Source: Pirellulales bacterium
GTDB lineage: Bacteria; Planctomycetota; Planctomycetia; Pirellulales; PALSA-1355
Length of the DNA: 64,000 bases
Direction of reading: 5' to 3'
NCBI GenBank assembly: GCA_041750795.1
Contig: JBGSYQ010000371.1
Span: 8,253-72,252, forward strand
Shown: positions 10,060 through 20,083 of the stretch, in pieces
Layout: each line of letters begins with the position of its first letter
Position numbering within the stretch: position 1 is the stretch's first letter
The notes under the pieces: generated by a model
Seen by the model: only the letters and a program-made list of their open reading frames with translations
The model's database searches: none
What the model was told of the DNA's origin: nothing
Program-made: the position numbers and the translations under genes

Positions 10060-10163
10060 CATCCTCTTCGCTTTCCGTCGCCAGCGATCTGCTCTTGAGC
10101 CAGGCGGCTCGATTGGCTACAAGCCACGGCCCATTTTTTCAGCGTGGGCTGAAGAATCGCTGG

Positions 10164-11366
10164 ATGGCCGACCCCTCCGGACCGCGGGGGGCAGGAGCGA
10201 AACGCATGCGGTGGCGAAGTTCGTGCGTGTTGTTGCTGGCAATCGCAACCGCTGTTGTTGCGCGCGCCGACGAGCTTCCCTATACGGCCTACGTCAACTC
10301 CGACGACGTTTACGTGCGCAGCGGACCGGGACGAAACTACTATCCCACCGAAAAGCTCATGCGAGGCGACACGGTCGAGGTCTATCGTCACGATCCCGGC
10401 GGGTGGCTGGCCATTCGCCCGACGCGGGCCAGCTTTGCCTGGGTCTCGCAGCGGCACCTCGATCCCAGCGGCGACGGACTGGCAACGGTCAACACCGACC
10501 GCGTCGTGGCGCGCGTGGGCAGCACCTTCAGCGACGTGCGCGACGTAATCCAGGTGCGACTCGAACAGGGCGAAAAGGTCGAATTACTTGCGCCGCCCCA
10601 GCCCGATTCCCCCTGGTGCAAGATTGCACCGCCAGCCGGCGAGTTTCGCTGGGTGTTTTCCAAGTACGTCGATCGCAAGGTGCCCGCCGATCTGGCCGGC
10701 CGCGACGACGACGCCAGTCGAGCCGACGGCGACGACGTGCGGCTGGTGAACTCTGAGACCAATGCCGAAACACCGCGCGACTTCGATCCCTTGCAGGCCG
10801 CCGGCGCCAATTCGTCGGCGCCGCTCGATCCGGCGTCCTTTGCCGCACGCGACTTGGCTCGACTGGAGTTGGAATTGTCGGCCGTGGTGTCCGGCGACAT
10901 ATCGGCGTGGACTTTCGGCGATCTTCAGCAGCGGGCCGAAGGCTTGCTGCAACAGGCCCAGACCTCGGCCGAGCGCGGCCACGTACGTATTCTCTTGAGC
11001 AAGCTGCAGCGGTTCGACGAGATTCGCCAGCGCCACGAAAAGCTGCGCCAGTCGACCGCTGAAACGGCCGCGACTGCGCCGGCCGCTGTGGCCACCGGCG
11101 AGTACCGCCGCGCGGACATTTCGCAGTTTGACGGCGTGGGACGGCTCTCGCCGGTCATTTCTGAAAAAGTCGGCGGGCCGCAATACGCGCTGGTCGACAA
11201 CGCCAACGCGGTTATCTCGTTCGTCACGCCTGCGCCCGGCGTCAATCTGCGGCCCTACGTCGACCACTACGTCGGCGTCAACGGTCAGCGCGGCTATTTG
11301 ACGGACCTGCAACGCCAGCACATCAGCGTGCAACGCGTGACCGTGCTGGACGTCGCGCGGCGGTAA
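10164..11366 (+). CDS. Secreted protein with two bacterial SH3 (SH3b) domains and a C-terminal coiled-coil/unknown region
   Basis: SH3b-like segments YVNSDDVYVRSGPGRNYYPTEKLMRGDTVEVY...GWLAIRP and VVARVGSTFSDV...GEKVELL...WCKIAPP. Signal peptide CVLLLAIATAVVARA. Start uncertain (ATG 10164 or ATG 10206); the ORF-track start at 9831 overlaps the kinase gene and is rejected. Confidence 0.6.
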   Translation: MADPSGPRGAGAKRMRWRSSCVLLLAIATAVVARADELPYTAYVNSDDVYVRSGPGRNYYPTEKLMRGDTVEVYRHDPGGWLAIRPTRASFAWVSQRHLDPSGDGLATVNTDRVVARVGSTFSDVRDVIQVRLEQGEKVELLAPPQPDSPWCKIAPPAGEFRWVFSKYVDRKVPADLAGRDDDASRADGDDVRLVNSETNAETPRDFDPLQAAGANSSAPLDPASFAARDLARLELELSAVVSGDISAWTFGDLQQRAEGLLQQAQTSAERGHVRILLSKLQRFDEIRQRHEKLRQSTAETAATAPAAVATGEYRRADISQFDGVGRLSPVISEKVGGPQYALVDNANAVISFVTPAPGVNLRPYVDHYVGVNGQRGYLTDLQRQHISVQRVTVLDVARR

Positions 11367-11600
11367 GGCCGCGATTGCCCAGCGGGCAACCATCTTGGAT
11401 TTCGGCGTGCGCCGACCCATTCACCAGGATTCCCAGGCCCGAGAGCTTCGCCGAGCGTCACATCAGCTAGCTGCTGGCGCGAAATGAGGGGCTGGCCGTC
11501 GAATTTGGCTCGCCTCGGCCGCTTTCCCGAGCCGAAAAACTTCTAACGTCGGCACAATCGGCCGAGCCTGCCGCTGGCGGACCGTGACTTCACGATACGC

Positions 11601-12581
11601 ATGGGGCGGCAGGCAGGGGGGACTTGGCTCTGGGGGGAGACCATGCCAACGGGAGTTTGCCGGCGCGCCTGCGCGCGCCGTTGCGCTGCAGCATCGATTT
11701 CACTCGGCAATCGCGCCAGCCGCCTGCCGATCTTGGCGCTGCTGGCGGCGATGGCCGCCAGTTGCCTTACAACCCGTGCCCTAGGCGGCGGCGAAGCGGT
11801 ACAAGCCAGCTCGAGCCGGCAAGCGCGCGACGAGGCGGTGCGAGCCATTCCGCTCAACAAGCTCACCCCGCAAGACAAACAGCGCGTCGCCGCCACCTTG
11901 AACGCCACGGGTCTCTACCGCCGCTTGCCCGTGCAAGTGACCGAGTGCGATCCGGACATGTACCTGTTCTTGGTGCGTCATCCGGAGGTGGTGGTCAACA
12001 TCTGGGAAGTGATGAAGATCTCGAACGTGGCGCTCAATCGCACGGGCAAGGACACGTTTCAAGCCACGGACGGCGCCGGCACTCTGTGCAACGTCAAGTT
12101 TTGCTATAGCGACCACGAAACGCAGGTCATCTACGCCGAAGGCAGCTACGAGGGCCCGCTGTTCAGAAAGCCAATCAACGCGCGGTGCGTGCTGTTGCTC
12201 AAGAGCGGCTATATCCGAGAGACGAACGGGCGGTACTACGTCACCAGCCGCATGGACACGTTCATGGACATCGATCATGCGGGCGTGGAGATGCTGGCCA
12301 AGACGATGCAACCGCTGGTCAACCGCGCGGCCGATTACAACTTTGTCGAGACGGCGGCCTTTCTCAGCCAGATTTCGCGCACCTCGGAGGCGAATCCGCA
12401 GGGCGTCGGCCGATTGTCGCGCAAGTTAACCAAGCTCGAGCCCGAGGTACGCGAGCGCTTCGCCGAGCTATCGCTGGAGGTGGCGAACAAGGCGCGCCAG
12501 CGCGAGGCGACTGAATTCACCACCAGTAGTGTCGCGCCAGCCGAGTCGGCGGCACAACGCGTATCGCTCGAGCGGCGATAG
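11601..12581 (+). CDS. Hypothetical protein, probably exported
   Basis: 326-aa ORF with gene-like residue composition after about residue 40. Hydrophobic N-terminal segment ([15 protein letters not shown]). No family recognised. Start uncertain (ATG 11601 or ATG 11643). Confidence 0.5.
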   Translation: MGRQAGGTWLWGETMPTGVCRRACARRCAAASISLGNRASRLPILALLAAMAASCLTTRALGGGEAVQASSSRQARDEAVRAIPLNKLTPQDKQRVAATLNATGLYRRLPVQVTECDPDMYLFLVRHPEVVVNIWEVMKISNVALNRTGKDTFQATDGAGTLCNVKFCYSDHETQVIYAEGSYEGPLFRKPINARCVLLLKSGYIRETNGRYYVTSRMDTFMDIDHAGVEMLAKTMQPLVNRAADYNFVETAAFLSQISRTSEANPQGVGRLSRKLTKLEPEVRERFAELSLEVANKARQREATEFTTSSVAPAESAAQRVSLERR

Positions 12582-12632
12582 CTGTTGCACGAATCGAGTG
12601 GAGCGTGCGATCTGGCGGAACGTAGTCAGGGA

Positions 12633-14252
12633 TCAGTGGCTGGCGGTCGATCCGCCGGCGACGCGGTCTTGCGCCATTTCGCGAACGGCCTGTAGATCGA
12701 GCTTACCCGTGCCCAACAGCGGGATTTCGTCCACTTCGAAAAAGCTGTCGTTGCCGGGGATCCACAGGTTGGGAAGGCCTTGGGCCGCCAGGTCCTTGGT
12801 GATCTGAGCCGGCGGCTTGTCGGTGGGCAGGTGGAAGACGATCAACCGTTCGCCCTTGCGTTCGTCGGGCACGGCGGTCACGGCGACGAACACTTTCTCG
12901 TCGTCGTCGGTCAGCATGCGCTGCAGCAACTCTTCGATGCGGATGTGCGGCACCATTTCGCCGCCGATCTTGGAAAAGCGGCTCAAACGCCCTGTAATGT
13001 GGATGAAGCCCTCGGCGTCGAGCATACCCATGTCGCCGGTGACGTACCACTCGCCGCGCATGACCTTGGCGGTTTGCTCGGGCATCTTGAAGTAGCCTTT
13101 CATCACGTTGGGCCCCTTGATGAGCAGCATGCCCGGCTCATCGATGCCCAGGTCCTCGCCGGTGTCGACGTCGACGATCTTGGCACTGACGCCGTGGACG
13201 GGCCGCCCCACCGTGCCGACGCGCTGGTATTCGACCGAACCGCCGGGAGCGCGGTTGGTTGGCACATTCACCGAGACCACGGGCGAAAGCTCGGTCGTGC
13301 CATAACCTTCCATCGGGCGGATGCCGAAGTGCTCCTCGAACGCTTCGAGCAAATCGGTGGGCAGCTTTTCGGCGCCGGTGACCACCAGGTCGAGGCTCTG
13401 GAACTCGTCGCGCGTGCAGCGGCGCATGTACGAACGCAGGAACGTGGGGGTCGACACCAGGATGGTCACGTCGTGATCCACGCACAGCTTGCCGATGATC
13501 TTGGCATCCAAGGGGCTGAAGTGGTAGGCGCCCTTGACGTCGGTACACAGCACGGCCCACAGCGCGATGGTGTAGCCCATCGAGTGAAACAGCGGCAGAA
13601 TGCCGCACACGGTGTCCCCCTCGCCCAATCGCAAGGTGTCCTCGATGGCCGCCACGTTCGAGCCGATGTTGGCGTGCGTGAGCATCACGCCCTTGGGCAG
13701 GCCAGTCGACCCCGAGGTATAGATGATCGTGGACAAGTCGTCCCATTGGTTCTTGTGCAGCCCCAGCCAGCGTTCGAGCAGCACCGGCGGCAACACGTAC
13801 GTTCCCAGCACGCTCGCCAGCTTGTCGGCAGTGCTCACTTGCTCGCGCAGGTCCTCCAGGTAGAGCAGTTCGGCGTTCAACTTGAAGTTGAATCGCTCCA
13901 TGAACTTGCGGCTGGTCACCACGTGGCGGATGCCGCACTGCTCGATGCAATAGTTGAGCGTGTCGGAGGTGACCGTATAGTTGAGATTGACCGGCACCTT
14001 GCGCATCAACGCAATGGCCGTGTTGGCCAGCACGCCGCCGGCCGATGGAGGCACCAGCACGCCGATGAACTGCTCGTCGGGTGCGATGCCGTTGCGCAGC
14101 AGAATGCGCCGGAAGATGAGCGTTCGCATCAACAGGCTGCCGCCCGTCATCTGCACGCCGGTCGAATCGGCGACCTTCTGTTTGAACAGGGATTGGCGGC
14201 ACTTCCGCAGAAAGAGCCGCGGCAACATGATCCGGCGCGGTTGATCGCTCAT
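12633..14252 (-). CDS. AMP-dependent synthetase/ligase (acyl-CoA or acyl-ACP synthetase, Aas C-terminal-domain-like)
   Basis: 539 aa with the AMP-binding signature [16 protein letters not shown], plus GYGTTE and [17 protein letters not shown] motifs. Confidence 0.85.
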   Translation of the reverse strand: MSDQPRRIMLPRLFLRKCRQSLFKQKVADSTGVQMTGGSLLMRTLIFRRILLRNGIAPDEQFIGVLVPPSAGGVLANTAIALMRKVPVNLNYTVTSDTLNYCIEQCGIRHVVTSRKFMERFNFKLNAELLYLEDLREQVSTADKLASVLGTYVLPPVLLERWLGLHKNQWDDLSTIIYTSGSTGLPKGVMLTHANIGSNVAAIEDTLRLGEGDTVCGILPLFHSMGYTIALWAVLCTDVKGAYHFSPLDAKIIGKLCVDHDVTILVSTPTFLRSYMRRCTRDEFQSLDLVVTGAEKLPTDLLEAFEEHFGIRPMEGYGTTELSPVVSVNVPTNRAPGGSVEYQRVGTVGRPVHGVSAKIVDVDTGEDLGIDEPGMLLIKGPNVMKGYFKMPEQTAKVMRGEWYVTGDMGMLDAEGFIHITGRLSRFSKIGGEMVPHIRIEELLQRMLTDDDEKVFVAVTAVPDERKGERLIVFHLPTDKPPAQITKDLAAQGLPNLWIPGNDSFFEVDEIPLLGTGKLDLQAVREMAQDRVAGGSTASH

Positions 14253-14459
14253 CGTGGTTCCAGCACTCGAGAGAAAAAGGGGACTCTCCGAACCCGGGTG
14301 TTAGACGCCGCCGGAGCGCGCTTGGTCAGCGGGAGTGCAAACGGGAGTGTTTAGCCTGGGCCCTTGCGGTATATGTGTAAGAATACTTTCTCGGGGGGTG
14401 GTCCGACAAGACGACTATCGCGGCCTTGGTCGGCCGGGGCGCGTCGCTGCGACATCGCG

Positions 14460-15281
14460 TCACACCGGCTCGTCGATGGCCGGCTCGTCGATGACCGGAT
14501 TCGCCAACGTGCCGATCGATTCGATTTCGACGCGAAGCTGATCGCCGTGCTTGAGCCACACCGGCGGCTTGCGAGCCATGCCGACGCCGTGGGGTGTGCC
14601 GGTCAGGATGACTGTGCCGGGCAGCAAAGTTGTGCTGCCACTCAAGAACTCGATCAGGGTGGGTACATCAAAGATCATATCGTCCGTATTCCAGTCCTGC
14701 ATCACTTCGCCGTTGAGCACCGTGCGGATCGCCAGCGAATTGGGATTGGGAATCTCGTCGGCCGTGACCAGGCAGGGGCCCAACGGGCAGAAGGTGTCGA
14801 ACGTCTTGCCGCGGCACCACTGGCTGCCTCCCATCTCCTTTTGCCAGTCGCGGGCGCTGATGTCGTTGCCGCAGGTGTATCCCAGCACGAAGTCGAGCGC
14901 CCGCTCGCGCGAGACGTTCTTCGCACGCTTGCCGATGACCACCGCCAGCTCGCACTCGTAGTCGACTTGCTCGCTCTTCAGGTGGCGCGGCAGCATCACC
15001 GGGTCGCCGGGGTTTTGTACGGCGCTAACGGCCTTCATGAAGAGCACCGGCCACTTGGGAATGGGCGCGTTGCCCTCGGCGGCGTGGCGCCGATAGTTGA
15101 GCCCGATGCACAAGATGCCGGTTGGCGCGATCGGCGCGAGCAGCTTGCGCACGTCGGCCCGTCGCTCGCTCACCTCGTACCGGCCAAAGACATCGCCGTC
15201 GATCTCACGTGCCGAGCCATCGGCACGCTGTGCGGCAAAGTGGACTTGTTGTTGCGCATCTTCATAGCGGATGATCTTCAT
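14460..15281 (-). CDS. Fumarylacetoacetate hydrolase (FAH) family protein
   Basis: 273 aa. FAH-family motifs ILCIGLNYRRHAAE, DYECELAVVIGK and GTPHGVG. Confidence 0.85.
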   Translation of the reverse strand: MKIIRYEDAQQQVHFAAQRADGSAREIDGDVFGRYEVSERRADVRKLLAPIAPTGILCIGLNYRRHAAEGNAPIPKWPVLFMKAVSAVQNPGDPVMLPRHLKSEQVDYECELAVVIGKRAKNVSRERALDFVLGYTCGNDISARDWQKEMGGSQWCRGKTFDTFCPLGPCLVTADEIPNPNSLAIRTVLNGEVMQDWNTDDMIFDVPTLIEFLSGSTTLLPGTVILTGTPHGVGMARKPPVWLKHGDQLRVEIESIGTLANPVIDEPAIDEPV

Positions 15282-15439
15282 TGTTTGCTTGGCGCCTTGT
15301 AACAGGAGGGGGGGTGCAGCGAGGGAGCAAGCAGCGAGCAGGAATGATTATTTTCCGCGCCGGCACGCGCGTCAATGACCAGGCCCGTGTCATCGGCTGG
15401 CAAGATGCAGCTCGACGCGCGAATCGCTATGATGGGTCT

Positions 15440-17434
15440 ATGAGTTGTGCCGATGCTGTGCAAAACAACGTGGAGTTGTCGCTGGGCGCCAGCCATTTTT
15501 TTGTCAGAGAGCCAGGCACGCTGCGCATGGAGCACGCGCGCGACGAGGAGGTCGCCTGGGAGACGTTTCGCGGCCATTTGCTCGATGCGGCGCACTGCAT
15601 CGGGCGGCGGCGCTTTCGTGCCTGGCACGTGTTCGTCGACGATGAGGACACGCACGCGCCGGCGCCGCTCGTGTCGGTGTATTGGGATCGCGAGGCAGGG
15701 CGGATTGCGATCGTGCGGCGCATCCTGACGCACGGCTTCGAAGCGTACGAAGACCCGCCGGGCGTCATTCTCAGCCGTCCGGTTCGGAAGTGGCTTCGCG
15801 AACTGGTGGGCACGATCGACCTGGCGACGATCGGCCCCGGCGAGTTGGCCGGCGAGTTGCGCACCGGCCTGTTTCTGGCCGTGATCGGCGTCAGCCGCTT
15901 GCCGATTACGTCGCTCGAATCACCGCTGCCGTCGTTTTCGCTGGGACTACTTGCCTACTTTCCGAGTCTGGATTTCGGCGGAGAGTCCTGGTGGACCGAC
16001 CCCGTGGCGCTATTGCGGGCGGCGCTGTCGGGGCGGCTGGCCGGCGTGGAATTGGCCAAGGCCCTGGAAACGGCCTTGCGCGCCGCGGCCGACCAAGAGC
16101 AACCGCAGATTGCGCAAGCGTTGGCAGACCATGCCGCGGCGACTGAGGACGGGTTGCGGCGTGTGTGCGAAATGCTTCGCGCTACGTTTCGCTACGTCTC
16201 GCTCTCTCCGTATGGCAGTTTCGTCGACCGCCTGATTGCGCTGCTGGCGGCGCTGGCCGACGGCGATGCGGTGGGTACCGCCGCCGTGACGGACTCGATC
16301 AGCACGATGCTCAGGCAGCTTTGCCGGCACTTGACCGCCTTCGATCTGGCCACGTTTCACAATTCGGGAGCCAACTATCCCGACGCGCTGTTCTTGGACG
16401 CGCTGCTCAAGCAATTCATGCGGCTCGTCGCATCGCAGCCCTCGCTGTTGATCGACGAACCGGGCGATTCCGAGGCGGAGCAACGGGCCCGCCGCATTCG
16501 CCGCCGCGCCTTGCGACAGGCATGCCTGCTGCGCCAGCATTACGAGAGATTGCGCGTGCCCGATGCGCCGACCTCGCAAGGAGAGTTGCTCCGCGTGTTG
16601 CCCGAGCCGCTGGTGCGGGTGCCGGAGGAGCAGATTGCCCAAGCGAGCAAGCGTCGGCGAGTGCTGTTCGCCGATGAACCGCTCGATGGCCTGCTGACGC
16701 CAGTCGCCAGGCAGTCGCTGCAGGCCGGTCTGGCAGACCTCGATCAAGCGACAGAGCTACTCGAACTAGGTCGGGCGTACTTTCTGGATCGGCCGCTGGG
16801 AGTGCTTAAGCAGCCAGGCGAAGTCGATCGCACGCCGCTGGTATCGCACACCGCGGTGAGCCGGACGGTCGTGAAGCGACGATTGGCCGAGTTGCTGGCC
16901 AACGGATGGATTGCGCCCCCACAACACGATCGCTGGCGCGACACGATTGATGCGCTGCCCATCGCCGGCGTGCCGGTCGCCGAGTTGACGTGCGTCGAAC
17001 GCCCGGGCGTAGTTTCGCTTGCCGATACGCTCAAAGTGGCGCCGGATTTTGTCCTGCAACGGAGCCGGCTCGATGAATTGGTCGCCTGCTACGACTGGAC
17101 GATCGACACGCTGAATGCATGCGACGTCTTGGCGAGCATAGAGTGTTTGCGCGGGGGGCTCCTCGTGCATCACGTGACGGACGGCGGACTGCCGACGCTG
17201 CGAATCTACGACTCGCAGTTGCGACTGCGACTCGAGTTAGACTTTGGCCACGAGCCGGGCGACACCGTGCGCTATGTCGAGCGCGACGGAGTCGAATGGG
17301 TCGATCGGCTGCGGGTGCGCGCCGTTTGGGAGGAGAACGGCGGTCCGGAGCTGGTCGAGCGGCGACAAATCGACGTGGAACGCTGGATTGTTCTGCGCGG
17401 TGCTCTCCGTGAAGGCGCCGGCCGCTCGACTTGA
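15440..17434 (+). CDS. Large hypothetical protein, no recognised domain
   Basis: Long ORF (717 aa in the track) divergent from the FAH gene, so the real start must lie after 15281. ATG 15440 is the first in-frame ATG well clear of the FAH start codon. Leu/Ala/Arg-rich, probably helical. Confidence 0.5.
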   Translation: MSCADAVQNNVELSLGASHFFVREPGTLRMEHARDEEVAWETFRGHLLDAAHCIGRRRFRAWHVFVDDEDTHAPAPLVSVYWDREAGRIAIVRRILTHGFEAYEDPPGVILSRPVRKWLRELVGTIDLATIGPGELAGELRTGLFLAVIGVSRLPITSLESPLPSFSLGLLAYFPSLDFGGESWWTDPVALLRAALSGRLAGVELAKALETALRAAADQEQPQIAQALADHAAATEDGLRRVCEMLRATFRYVSLSPYGSFVDRLIALLAALADGDAVGTAAVTDSISTMLRQLCRHLTAFDLATFHNSGANYPDALFLDALLKQFMRLVASQPSLLIDEPGDSEAEQRARRIRRRALRQACLLRQHYERLRVPDAPTSQGELLRVLPEPLVRVPEEQIAQASKRRRVLFADEPLDGLLTPVARQSLQAGLADLDQATELLELGRAYFLDRPLGVLKQPGEVDRTPLVSHTAVSRTVVKRRLAELLANGWIAPPQHDRWRDTIDALPIAGVPVAELTCVERPGVVSLADTLKVAPDFVLQRSRLDELVACYDWTIDTLNACDVLASIECLRGGLLVHHVTDGGLPTLRIYDSQLRLRLELDFGHEPGDTVRYVERDGVEWVDRLRVRAVWEENGGPELVERRQIDVERWIVLRGALREGAGRST

Positions 17435-17500
17435 AACGGTCGACCGGAACGAGCATAGTGAAGCCCTTGCAGTTTGCGCCGCGCGTTCGGAGATCGAGTT

Positions 17501-18904
17501 ATGACGTGGATTCGACTGTTGTTGGTCGTATGTATTGGCAATTGCGCTGGCCAGGTCGTTGAGGCCGCGGCCAAGAACGTGGTGTTGGTCGTGGTGGACG
17601 ATCTTGGCTTTGAGCTGGGTTGTTATGGCGATGCCGCTGCGCGGACGCCCAATCTCGATCGATTGGCCGCAGACGGAGCGTTGTTCACGCACGCGTTTTG
17701 CACGACCGCCAGTTGCAGCGCCAGCCGCTCGGTGATTCTCACCGGTTTGTACAACCATGCCAACGGTCAGTATGGTCACCAGCATGCCGAGCATCACTTC
17801 AGCTCCTTCAATCGAGTAAAGTCGCTAAGCGCTCGACTTTCGGAAGCCGGCTACCGCACGGCTCGCGTGGGAAAATATCACGTAGCGCCCGAAGAGGTGT
17901 ATGCGTTCGACGAGGCCCTTGCGGGCAACGCGCGCAACGGCGTGCAAATGGCCGACAGCAGCCGCGCATTCCTCGAAGCGGACGACGCGCGGCCGTTCTT
18001 TCTCTATTTCTGCACGGCCGATCCGCATCGCGGCGCTCACGATGACGGCGGACCGTTGCGTCCCAATTTGTTTGGCAACGAGGGGCAATACCACGGCGTG
18101 ACGTCCGAGCGATTCGATCCGTCCGCACTGAGCGTCCCGCCGTTCCTGCCGGATACCGCGGCGTGCCGGGCCGAACTGGCCGAGTACTATCAATCGGTAT
18201 CGCGACTCGACCAGGGCGTTGGACGGCTGGTGCAGATGCTCAAGGAAGCGGGCCGTTGGGACGATACGCTGCTGGTGTTTCTGTCCGACAACGGAATCGC
18301 GTTTCAGGGTGCGAAGACCACGGCCTATGAGCCTGGATTGCGGCTCCCCTGCCTCGTGCGCAATCCGTACGTCGAGAAGCGCGGCGTTCAGTGCGGCGCC
18401 ATGATTACGTGGGCCGATCTCGCACCGACGATTTTGGAGTTTGCCGGCGCCAAGTTCCAGCCAAACGAAATGCACGGACGGTCATTCCTGGGCGTGCTCG
18501 AACAGACCGATCCGCCGGGTTTCGACGAAGTTTATGCATCCCACACGTTTCACGAAATCACCATGTACTATCCGATGCGTGTGGTACGCACGCGTCGCCA
18601 CAAGCTGATCTGGAACATCGCGCATCGGCTCGAGTACCCGTCGGCCTCGGATTTGCATCGCTCGTCAACCTGGCAGGAGGCGCTGGCCCACGGCCCGGAG
18701 TCGTTGTACGGCAAGCGCACGGTGGCGGCGTATCTGAATCGACCCCAGTTCGAGCTGTACGACTTAAAGGACGATCCCGACGAGGTCGACAATCTGGCAA
18801 ACGATCCGAAACACGCCGAGTTGCTTGCCAGCTTGAAAGCGAAGGTGCGCGCTTTTCAAGAGCGCACCAACGATCCCTGGATACTGAAGTGGGAGTACGA
18901 GTAG
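17501..18904 (+). CDS. S1 sulfatase (N-sulfoglucosamine sulfohydrolase-like)
   Basis: Signal peptide followed by VVLVVVDDLGFELGCYG...TPNLDRLA. Active-site motif C-S-A-S-R at 17714-17728, followed by SVILTG. Start set to ATG 17501 (MTWIRLLLVV). Confidence 0.88.
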   Translation: MTWIRLLLVVCIGNCAGQVVEAAAKNVVLVVVDDLGFELGCYGDAAARTPNLDRLAADGALFTHAFCTTASCSASRSVILTGLYNHANGQYGHQHAEHHFSSFNRVKSLSARLSEAGYRTARVGKYHVAPEEVYAFDEALAGNARNGVQMADSSRAFLEADDARPFFLYFCTADPHRGAHDDGGPLRPNLFGNEGQYHGVTSERFDPSALSVPPFLPDTAACRAELAEYYQSVSRLDQGVGRLVQMLKEAGRWDDTLLVFLSDNGIAFQGAKTTAYEPGLRLPCLVRNPYVEKRGVQCGAMITWADLAPTILEFAGAKFQPNEMHGRSFLGVLEQTDPPGFDEVYASHTFHEITMYYPMRVVRTRRHKLIWNIAHRLEYPSASDLHRSSTWQEALAHGPESLYGKRTVAAYLNRPQFELYDLKDDPDEVDNLANDPKHAELLASLKAKVRAFQERTNDPWILKWEYE

Positions 18905-18922
18905 CTGACCGGAACGAGCTGC

Positions 18923-19882
18923 TCATGAAGAAAAGAAGAGGCGCTCGGCCGTCTTGCGCAGCAACCATGCGCGATCGTCGTCGGTGAGGAAGTCGAGCCG
19001 GCCGCGCACCAGCTCGATTGAATCGCGATAGGTGTGCCCCGCGTGCACCTGGTAGGGGCAATCAGTGGCCCACATCAGGCGGTTGGCGCCAAAGGCTTCG
19101 ACCAGCCGGCGGATCATTGGCGCCAGGTCCAAGTAAGGCGCTTGCTTCGCGCCCAGCGCGTAAAAGGCCGAGATCTTGACGTGTGTGCGCTGGTGCCGAG
19201 CCAGCCGGCAGAGCGCGTCGACGTCCGCGTCGCGGATCGTCCCGTCGACGCCGATGCGCGCGAAATGGTCGATCACGACCGGCGTCTGTGGAAAGCGCTC
19301 ACACATCCGGTCGAGCGGCGCGAGGGCCTCGGGATTGATCAGCGCGCACATCGCCAGGTTCTCTTCCGCGCCGTGCCGCCAGAAGGCCGCCATCGCATCG
19401 TCCGCCAGCCAGGGTTCGACCGGCTCGCTGCCGGGGTGAATGCGAAAGCCGCGCACGCCCTGCTTCTTGAGGTCGCGCATCGTGTGGCGCACGCCGGTCG
19501 CATGATGGTCGACGACCGCCACGCCGGAAAACGTCTCGGGGGCGTCGTGCATGGCGTCGAGCATGTAGCGGTTGTCGAAGCGATAGTAGCTCATCTGAAT
19601 GAGCACCACGCGGTCGACGCCGCAGGGGCGCGCTTCAGCCAGCAACTCCGCGGGCGTGAAGCTGGCGGGCTGCATTTGCGACTTCGTGAAGCCGTCGGCC
19701 AGCGGATAGCGCTCGACGTCCGGCGTCCAAACGTGCGAATGCGCGTCGATGCAACCGGTCGACAGGTCGCCGGCCGCATGGGTTGAAACATCGGTCATGG
19801 CGACAATGCCAGCCGCAGCGGCAGCAGCTTGCAGGAATTCGCGGCGGGAAACAGAACAGCAGACATCGGCGGAAGGCGCCAT
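18923..19882 (-). CDS. Tat-exported amidohydrolase (amidohydrolase_2 family)
   Basis: N-terminal twin-arginine motif SRREFLQAAAAAAGI. Metal-binding IDAHSHVW motif and a TIM-barrel hydrolase-like remainder. Confidence 0.75.
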   Translation of the reverse strand: MAPSADVCCSVSRREFLQAAAAAAGIVAMTDVSTHAAGDLSTGCIDAHSHVWTPDVERYPLADGFTKSQMQPASFTPAELLAEARPCGVDRVVLIQMSYYRFDNRYMLDAMHDAPETFSGVAVVDHHATGVRHTMRDLKKQGVRGFRIHPGSEPVEPWLADDAMAAFWRHGAEENLAMCALINPEALAPLDRMCERFPQTPVVIDHFARIGVDGTIRDADVDALCRLARHQRTHVKISAFYALGAKQAPYLDLAPMIRRLVEAFGANRLMWATDCPYQVHAGHTYRDSIELVRGRLDFLTDDDRAWLLRKTAERLFFSS

Positions 19883-19888
19883 GGTGTG

Positions 19889-19927
19889 GTCCTGGAAACA
19901 GGATAGGTATACGTCGCGTTCCAGGAC
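19889..19927 (-). promoter_or_regulatory. 5-prime-UTR hairpin sequestering the putative Shine-Dalgarno of the amidohydrolase gene
   Basis: Perfect 9-bp inverted repeat gtcctggaa (19889-19897) and ttccaggac (19919-19927), with a 21-nt loop. On the mRNA the 3-prime arm UUCCAGGAC contains AGGA 7 nt before the AUG at 19882. Confidence 0.45.
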
Positions 19928-20057
19928 GTTTTAACCGCCGCATCGACCGCTCGCAAGCAAAACGCCCGCCGGCGCCACAATCTGCAGCGCCGATGGGCTT
20001 GAGTCGGGTCAAATAGTGGCGAACGGATTCATCCTGCCGAGCGTCGAACGACTGGCA

Positions 20058-20083
20058 GTCTGTTGAAGAATTCAACAGGCTGC
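20058..20083 (-). repeat. GAATTC-centred hairpin element, copy B (minus strand gcagcctgttgaattcttcaacagac)
   Basis: 24 of 26 nt identical to 6947-6972. Perfect 8-bp stem ctgttgaa/ttcaacag with a 3-nt loop. Begins on the last base of the TAG stop of the DUF4139-like gene. Confidence 0.85.

Noticed and set aside
9831-10163. N-terminal extension of the SH3b protein ORF that overlaps the anti-sigma kinase gene.
   Set aside because: The extension is an Arg-rich shadow frame of the kinase gene. A signal peptide appears only after ATG 10164/10206.
12780-14354. Long ORFs antisense to or frame-shifted over well-supported genes. Examples: 265-1374(-), 3798-4889(+), 12780-14354(+), 28150-30864(+, 904 aa), 31332-32960(+), 44035-45558(-), 46256-48196(-), 49813-51150(-), 60306-61562(+).
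   Set aside because: They overlap genes with strong family signatures. Their translations are dominated by Arg/Ala/Gly/Pro/His runs typical of shadow frames in high-GC DNA. None shows a recognisable motif or a sensible start context.
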